From: a virus
Lineage: Duplodnaviria > Caudoviricetes
DNA: 31,985 bases
Direction: 5' to 3' (one strand)
IMG/VR virus record: IMGVR_UViG_3300023078_000005
Span: 1 to 31,985 of that record
How positions within the stretch are numbered: the first letter of the stretch is position 1; each line of letters begins with the position of its first letter. A program made the translations under genes and the position numbers. Positions 1-9,000 of this stretch are shown here, in pieces. The notes under the pieces are model-generated. The model was not told the DNA's origin. It saw nothing but the letters and a program-made list of their open reading frames with translations, and did no database searches.

Positions 1-3000
1 AGCTTCCTGCGTAGCTTCTTCGACTTAGCGACCGTACCAACCATCGAGACGCTCGTCGCTCCGATGCCAGCCTCGATGATGCCCGTGTTGTAGTTCGACA
101 GCTCGCTCGGGGTGTAGAGCTCCTGGCTGGCGCGGGACAGGCTCGGGTTCTTGCCGATGTGGAACGTGCTGGGGAAGGCGAAGTACGCCTCGAAGTCGTC
201 GGTGTAGTCCTTCGTCTTCGCGTTCTTCGGTAGGGAGCCGTGGACCAGCCAGTTCTCGTCGATGGAGTAGCCCATAGACGTGATCTGCGGGCGAACGTGG
301 TGGACGAACATGTGGCGGCGAATGCTCGGCTTCTGCGGGTCTGGCTCGGAGGGCTGCAGGTCGAGCCACTCGTAGACGAACGGGGGCCAGCTGCTGCTCT
401 TCTTGCCTGCCCGGACTGCTTCCGAGGAGACGGTACCGCTCGTGAACAGGACGTGGTCCAGCTTGGCGCCAGGTGTCAGCATGTAGATGGCGATGAGCCG
501 CGCGAGCGTGTGTTCCGGGATCGTCACCTGGTTCAGCCCTGCCACGGCGGCGTACTGCTTGGTCGCCTCCGACAGCGTCGAGTTGAACGCCGCGAGGGTC
601 GCCGCGACGCCGGAGTAAGAGTTGAGACCGTCCAGGAGAGCGAAGCCCTGCTCGTCGGTGAGGCGCGGTACCGTGTTCGGCAGGTTGGTGAAGAACTCCT
701 TCATGAAGGTCACGGCCTTGCGGGCAGTGTCAGCGTCGGTCTCCTTGTGGAGGTCCACGCCAGTGACGGCGAACGTCAGGTCACGGGTCAGGTCGTGGCC
801 GAGATACCCAGACGAGACCCGGAAGGACTCCAGGATGTTCTCGCCCGCGTTCTTCTCGTCGTAGGCGATGCGACCACCGACGACGCTCACAGCCCTGCCG
901 GAGAAAGCCTTGCCGCCGTCGGGCAGCTTGAACTCGGGACCGACCTCCGGCATGGGGATGACGGTCTGCTTGAGGGCGGTCTGAGAGTCGTGGGTCTTGT
1001 TGCCGTAGTCCTGCATCGACGAGCGCATCGGGATCCGCACGCCGCCGGGGACTGGGATGGGCGAGCCCGACACGGTGCCGTGGTAGGCAGTTGCGCCCTC
1101 GGCGACAGTCGTCGTGGCGATGGCGATGCCCAAGCCGCCGCGACCCTCTCGGCCAGGGAGGTCTTGCTCGAACTGCCAGTCCATGCCCTTGCCGGGCTCG
1201 GCGGAGTTCTCGTCCGGCAGCTCGTAGCCGATCTGGCGGAGGAGGATCTTGCCCGTCGTCTTCTGGTGCTCGACGTAGAAGTCACCGGGAGCGAGCGGGT
1301 CGTCGATGACGAACATGGAGGTCAGTTCCCCGTTGCGGCCCTGCGCTCGGGTTGGCTGCTGCGCCCAGCGATCGACGAAGCGGGCTCCTCGGTCACGTAC
1401 CTCGGCGCGGATAGCGTCGGCCTCCGGAGTGCCGTCCTTGATCTTGCCGGACGCCAGCTTCAGCTGGGTGAGGTGTTCGAGGATCTCGTCGTTCTGGAGG
1501 ACGCGAGCAACGTGGTCCATCGTCAGCGGGTCGGCAGGAGTGAAGTTCCGCACGGTGCCCGTCGGGACGAAGATGCCCTCGTGGTTGAGTGGAGCAGAGT
1601 CAGCGTTATCTGGGATGAGGAACAGTGCGCCCTCCTCCGTGCTGTACCGGCTGGTGCCGGGGAGCACGAGGCCGACGACGTGAGACTCGGGATCGATCTC
1701 GACGACCTTCTTCGACATCGACAGCAGGGCACGCTCGTTCTGAGTCGCGTCGTCCCACATGGCCTCCGTCTCCGGCGGCACCCACACGGAGCCGTTGGGG
1801 CGGTCCAGCGCCTTCCAGCCACGGGCGTTGAGGAGGTTGACGGCCTCCGTGACCATGCGCTCGTTGATGCCGAGCGCGATGATGGGTGTGCGGCGAGCGA
1901 TGACCTCGCTCAGCACGTCGTACAGTTCCTTCTTCTGCTGCAGCTCCGTCTTCGTGTCGTCGTAGCCGGCAGCGAACGAGTCGAGGTCGACGGCGAACAG
2001 GTCGCCGCTCGTGAGCCCGTAGACCTCGCTGCGAAGGACAGTCTGGAAGTTGCTGGGCACGAGGTCGTGGGTGTCGCCGCTCGTCTTGCCGCGCCCGGCC
2101 TCGTAGTAGTAGACCGCCGCGCTGGTGCTGGAGTCGCGCACGCGGTCAAAGATCGCGACGAGGGTCTCCTCGCCGGCGGTCCAGGCGTGGGGGTTGTACG
2201 CCTCGACCTGCTGGCCCTCGATGGTGTGGCTGACGTTCAGCGTGGCCACCCGCTGCAGCAGGTCGAAGGTGCGCTTCTGGTTGCGTGTCCACGCGCGGGC
2301 CGTGACCTCGTCGTACTTCGCACCCAGGGCGACACGCTTCTCGAACGTCGCGGCCTTGACGTCGTGGGCGACGGCGGCCGCTCGGGTGGCAGACTCAGCA
2401 CCGGCTTCGATCGTGCGCGGGTTCAGGCGGTTGCGGGTGTACGCGCGGAACGGGAAGGCGCGGGTCTTCCAGACGCTGCCATCGTCCCACGCGAGGCTCG
2501 TCGTGCCGTCGACGTTCTCGATCTCCTTGGTGGCGATCAGGCCGGGGATGCGCGCCAGGACCTTGTCGTCGAAGCGGTAGAACGGGCGGATGTACTTGTG
2601 GCCCGTGTCGACGAAGTCGTGACCCTTCTCGTTGTTGGTCGTGGTCTTGGACCCGAACGCGCGACGGAGGACTGGTACAGACAGGTGAACGACCTTGGCG
2701 TCCTTGAGGGGGAAGTCAGTCAGCAGCTTGTCGGGGTTAGTCAGCTGCCACGCGATGACCTGGTCGCTGGTCCACAGCACCGGCTTGAAGGTACCGTCGG
2801 CCTGCTCCTCAAAGCCCTTGACAGCGTGGCGGAGGCGCATCCGCTGGTAGAGCATCTTGTAGTCGCTGGGATCGACGGGCCCGCCACCAGGCTGGTTGTC
2901 CATCAGCCAGTCGGCCTTGGCGGTCAGCATCCCCTCATAGTCGATGAGGGCGAGGCTCTCGAAGCCCTCGCGCACGGCGCCGGGCATGGTGGCCTGGCTC

Positions 3001-6000
3001 GCCCACGCCAGCAGTTTCTTCTTTGCCGCGCCGAGTGAGCCACTCAGGCCCGTGATGAGAGAGCCGGCACCGGAGTAGAACGACTGGGCGACGAGAGACC
3101 TCTGCACCGCTGGCCCCGCTGGGCCGGTCTTTACGCCGTCGTAGTGGACGTTGTGAGTCCACTGCTTCTCCTCGGGGCGGCTCACCGGGGCGATGATGTC
3201 GATCTGGAACGTGAGGCTGCCGGGCACGATGTCCGTGCTGTTGGAGACGTCGCGCATGAGGGCTGCGAGCTGAGTCGTCGTCGTGTGGCGGAAGCGCGAC
3301 TCGCCGAAGCGAGCCTTCTCCGCCGGGTTCGCGAACTTCAGCGGCGCGTACTCGTGGCCGAGGTCGATGACCTGTCGCGGCCCGTCGGGATTCTTCTTGT
3401 CCTTGGGGCGCGAGTTGAAGACATTGACGTGGTCCAGCTGCTCCCCGTCGGGGCCAGTCGAGACGATGGGGACTGGCTTGCCGTCCTGGTCGAACACCGA
3501 GTAGTACGCCCTGGCACCACTGATAGCTATCCCGTCGAGGTGGCGGACGGCCAGGCTGCTCTCCGCGGTGGACCCGTCGGGCAGGGTGACGTTGTACGGG
3601 ATGCGGTGAGACTTGTCTTGGAGCGCGGCGAGCGAGATCTCGATCGTCGACTCCGCGCCCGCTGCGGGGACGTCGAGCGAGTTGACCGTACCACCGTGGA
3701 GGTCCACCATGCCCTCGGTCTCCGCGCCGTACGCCTTCACGGCTCCGGGGGCTGCGGCTGACGCGGGGCGCTGCTTCTTCTCGGCGGCGAGCTGCGGGAC
3801 CAGGGTGTTCCAGTGCCCCTGCTTGATGTTGCCCATGATGTTCTTCTCGACCAGGTCGACGAGCTCGTCCTTGGTGTACGTCGTTAGGGTCAGTGTCTCG
3901 TCGGTCTTGGCGGCACGGCGAGCCGACTCTTGGACGAGGGGGCTCGTCGGGTCGAGCAGGGGCTTGACCAGCGTACGGACCAGCGTGGGGTCCCACAGGT
4001 CGAGCTCCTGGCTGTCGAGCGGGGGAACGGCCGGCAGGTTCTTCCCGACGGTCGTGATGGACAGCGACTTGCCGAGGTAGTGCCCGAACACCGCGCGACT
4101 GGCGAGTTCCCACTGCTCGGGGCTGATGAACTTCAGGATCTCCTTCGTCGACATCCCGCGAGCCATCGCGTCGCGGATGTCGCGGGTCGCGCTCTTGTCC
4201 CAGTACTGGACCTTGTTGACGATGTTCGGGTAGGAGCGAATGTACGCCATGAACATCTCGCGCTGCGTGTCGCTCGTCGAGTCGCTGAACATCCCGACGA
4301 TCGCCTCGAACACGTCGTCGTCCTGGAACGCCTGGATCTTCTGGAGCACCAGGTCCGCGAGAAACCCGACGCGCTCGTAGGTGTTGATGTCGTTCGCCTC
4401 GTCGGCGAGGTCCATGATCTTCAGCAGGTCGGCGTGCTCCCCCTGGAGGCGGTCGAGCATCTCGGTCTTCGCCTTCGTGGAGTCTGCCTGCTTAGTGAGG
4501 AAGCGGAACAGCTTCTTGTGCTGGTTCCGGCGGACCTCGTTGTACACGGCCGTGACGAGCTCGACGGTCTTGCCGGTCGTCAGGTCGGTGACGGTCTCGC
4601 CGCGCAGGCGGCCACCCTTGCCGTCGGGGCCGGCGTCGACGTTGAGACTCGCTCCGGCCGCGTTCAGTACCTCGATGTGGCGCTTGGCGACCGAGTCAGC
4701 CAGGGTCGCGGCGTTGTTGTACTGCGTGTCCGTCTCGATGGTGAGCGGCGCGTCTGCCATCGACGCCTCGACGGTCAGGGCGACAGCGATGTGCTGGTCC
4801 ATCTCGACGACATTGTTGTCGCGGCGAGCGGGGTTGCCCCACTCGTCGGTGTAGTTCTCGTTGGTGACGATGAGCGCGGAGCTGATGTCGGCGATGGACT
4901 TCCACGCCCGCTCGGCAGTGCTGGTGTCCTTCATAGACTCGTAGTAGTCCTGCTCCAGCAGTACCGACAGGTTCGGCTCGTACGCCTGTGGCAGGAGCAC
5001 GTCTCCCGAGATCGACCTCTCCAATACCGGGATGTTGAGCATCGCGATGATGGCGTCCTGCGCGTCGGGGTCGTCCTGAGTAGCCTCCAGCGCGTCGGTG
5101 ATGGCGTCCACGTCCATCTTCGGCAGGGCAAACTCACGCCCGTCGTCGAACTGGACGACGATGTTGTCGCGAAGTGCGATCCCAGGGTTGGAGAGCCACG
5201 CCTGGAACGGGATGTTAACGGCCCCGTCCATCGCGAGCTCTTCGGTGCTGGCGAACCCTGGAAACGACCCACGGATGATCGACAGGCCGCGAGCGCGGAG
5301 GGACGGGTGAGTGTCTCCCTTGTCGACGCCGCCGCTCTCACCACCGAACGCGCCCCAGATTGCCTGGTCGCGAGTCGCGGCAACACCGAGGGCCTCCCGG
5401 CGCTCGGCGTTGACCTTGATGAGAGCTGCCAGCTGGGTGCGCCTCTTGGTCCGGCCAGCGTCTGGGCGGTAGGCGACGGGGTCCTGCGCGCTCTTCTTCG
5501 CGTAGACGATGTCGCTGATCGCCTTGACCTTGGCCTCGCGGTAGAACGACTCCTGGCTGAGGGCCGCGGCGACGCGAGTGGCCCGTTCCTGCAGGTCTCG
5601 AACGCCCTCGCGGATCTCCATCGCGACCGACGCGTGGGAGTACTCGTCCGCGCTGCCAGACTGGTTCCAGTCGCGCACGTCGAACATCCACGCGACGTAG
5701 GGCGCCTCGTTCCCCTGGCGGTACCGCTTGTTCACGGTCTTCTCGAACTCTTCCGTGGACTCGGCGGCCATCAGGTCCACGATGAAGGACGCCGCCTCCA
5801 TCGGGCCGCCGGTGCCGACGTTGAGGTCGTAGGCGAGGCGCACGAACCGGTTGCGGATCTTGCCGTAGACGAGCGTGCCGTTCTTTCGCGCAGCCTGGAG
5901 CGCGTCCCACTCCTTCATGATGATGATCTTCAGCAGCATCATCTCGGCCTTGACGGAGTCCTTCTCCATGATGTACTGGTAGAGGGAGTCGTTGACCCTC

Positions 6001-9000
6001 ACGAACCCGCTGGCGTCGAGCGGCATCATGATGAGGCGTAGGTCCTTGGGTAGGTGGTGGAGAATCGCGGTGGCGATGTCCGGGTTCGCGTTCAGGAACC
6101 GCTGGACCTCCTGCTTCTTCTCCACCGTGCCGTCGTGAGCCGTGACGATACCGGACTCCTCGATGGCGGCGTGGAGCGTGGTGTGGGCCTCGCGCATACC
6201 CGCGCCGAGCTGGTGACCTGCTTCGGCGACGTCGCCGATCGGGGCAAACGTCGTCTTGTTCAGGGAGATGCGCTTGTTGGCAGCCTCGAAGATGGTGTCC
6301 AGCATGGCGCGCTGGGCGGAGACCTTGCCGGCCTCCAGCTCGTCATAAGAGTAATAGTTGCTCGTGCCCTCGCGCTTGACCGAGTCGGTGCGGAGGCCCG
6401 TGGCGTGCCAGTTGGTCCTCTCCGCCGATCCCATCGCAGCGACGTGGGCGACGGCCTGCTCCATCGTGAGGCCGGGCGGGAAGCCGAGAGCGACCGCAGC
6501 GTCCACGTCCATCGCGCCGAGGGTCAGCGGGCCGAGCACCTCGTTGATGGCGAGGTGAGCCTGGCCGGCGATCTTCTTCAGCGCGTTGAACCGGGTGGCG
6601 ATCTTCTTGTCTGGGTCGGCGACGCCCTGCTGCATCCGCTGTTCCTGCAGGATGCTCATCATGAACAACTGCTGGATCTGGGTCGTCACCCCGCCGGTCA
6701 GGTTGCCGTACTCGTCGACCTCCGGCACCATCATGCGGGCGACGGCCAGCATCGACTGTGGCAGGGTCAGCAGGTTGTCAGAGTCCCTGGTGTACGACTC
6801 GTTGTGGACCGCCGCCAGGTACGCGAGGCCGTTACGGACCCTGGTGTAGATCCGGTCGCGGTTGTCGACGACGTCAATCGCGGCCTCCGCGGCTCGCTGG
6901 GCGACCCTCGCCAGGTTGTCGGCGATGTGCTGCTGGGCCGGCGTGCCCGCGACGATCTGGTTCTCGGCGGTGCTCTTCGTGGCGCTGTACCCGAACGAGC
7001 CGAGCACGCGGAAGTAGTCCGTCGCCTCTTGGACGATGGCTGCGTCGAACAGTGGGGTCGCGCCTCGCTCCTCTAGCACCTGGCTGACGTTGTTCACGCC
7101 CGCCTGGTTGAGCTCGTCTCCCTCCTGGTCGGGGCGGGCGTCGCGGTGCTCCAGTGCAGCCGCCCGAGCGCCGAGCTCGCTCAGCTCCTCTTGGGCAATG
7201 TCTTCCAGCAAGAGGCTGAACGGGCGGAGGGCGATCCCCTGGAACGCGCGGATGTCCTCGCCGAGGATCGGGGACGCGTAGAAGGCCTCCCGGAACTGGG
7301 CGATGGCGTCGGGGTCGCCGCGCTTGACGGCACGGTGGAAGGCGTTGAAGATCCTGGCATACTCGGGCCAGTAGTCGAACGTCAGGTCCTTGGTGCTCTT
7401 GCTCTGGCTGTGAACCCGCTTCAGCAGGTCCAGGGTGCGCTGGGAGACGCGGTCGATGTAGAGCTGGGCGGCACCGTGGCTGGGCGACTTCCGCTTCTCC
7501 TTCAGCAGGCGCTTGGCGATCTTCATCAGGTGGGCTTCCTGGTGCCTCGACCGGATGATCGGGATGCCCTCCTGGGTGTTCATCAGGAACTCGCCGGAGC
7601 GGAGGTTTCGGAACGCCTCGAAGTCGAGCATCCGCTCCGCCATCTGCACGCCCATGTCGCCGTCGTGGTCGGCGCCGGCCGCCTCGATGACCGACTGGCT
7701 CACGCCGATGGTGCCGTTGCTGCCGTTGCCGGTCAGGATGGCGGAGACGTGGAGCGACCCACTCATCGCAAATGAATTGGCACCCGTAAATGGATACCTC
7801 CCCAGCACGTTCGTGGCGGCGATCATGCGAGTGGTCCGCTTGGCGCGGTCGAACCGGGGGCGGCCGGTCGCAGCGATCGTCTCCGGCTGGTACTCCTGCT
7901 TGCCGTCGCCGGTGTAGGCGTTGCGGAGGCGCTGGTTCAGGTCGTTGATGATGACCTTGCGCTCGTCGTCGTTCGCGGCGGCGACGAAGGCGGCCCCGGT
8001 CTTGGTGATGTCCAGCAGCAGGTCGTTGAGCTCGACCAGCACGTCGTTGTTCTGGGCAACCCTCTTGGGTGACGGCTGCTTGGCCTCGGGGAGCTTGGCC
8101 CACTCGGCCGCGAGGGCTCGGTGGGCGGCGATCTTGGACTGGATGATCTGCGCCGCGTCGGCGAGGGAGACGACGTGGGCGTCACTCGCGACCCCAGCTC
8201 CCTGCGTCGACAGCAGCGTGTACATCTTCTCCTGCGTGGTCTCGGTCAACCGAGACGCCTCGGCCACCAGGTCCGCGCGCTCGCGGATCCACGGCACGAC
8301 CGCCGCAGACTCGGCTCCCAGCAGGGTGTTGATCTGAGCGGAGGCCGCTCGAATCGAGTCGTCGGCGACTGGGGTGGACACCTGGAGGGCGGCCTTCTGC
8401 TGCGGGGACAACTTGTCCCACTGCTCGTCGCTGATCTGGACGCCCGCGCCCTTGGTGTACTGGACCGTCCTCGCGATGTTCTTCGCCTTCTCGTCCGCCG
8501 ACAGCGTGTGCTTGTTGACACCGACGCTCATGCCGGCGCCCATCGCGAACCCCTGGACTCCCGCAGCGGAGATCTCCTCGTAGCTGGCCATGCGGTCGAA
8601 GGAGCCCGCGTCGAGGATCGTCTGCAAGACCTCCTCGTACGCCTCTCCAAACCCGTTGACCATCGCGTTTCGGATGACGCGCTCGCCGCTCGACAGCTGC
8701 TGCGCCGCCAGGTACACGTCGTTCGCCGAGATCGTCGCGCCCCTCGGGGCCGTCAGCTTGGCGACCAACTTGGCGCTGTATCGACTGGCGAACTCGCTGG
8801 GGACGAAGCTCGCCATCGCGATGCGGCTGGACTCCACCGTGCCGCCGGGGCCGAAGGTGTACTTGGTGCCACCCTCCACCGTGCTCTTCACGGGCACACC
8901 GCGCACGCCCGCCGCGCGCACGTCCTGGGCGGCAGTGATCTTCTGGCCGAATCCCTTTGCTACTGCTGACTGAGCCAGGTCGATCAGGCCGGAGCCCATC

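Noticed and set aside
2935-8103. - strand ORFs of 392, 409 and 190 aa in other frames
   Set aside because: R/P/G-rich alternative-frame artefacts nested within the giant ORF.
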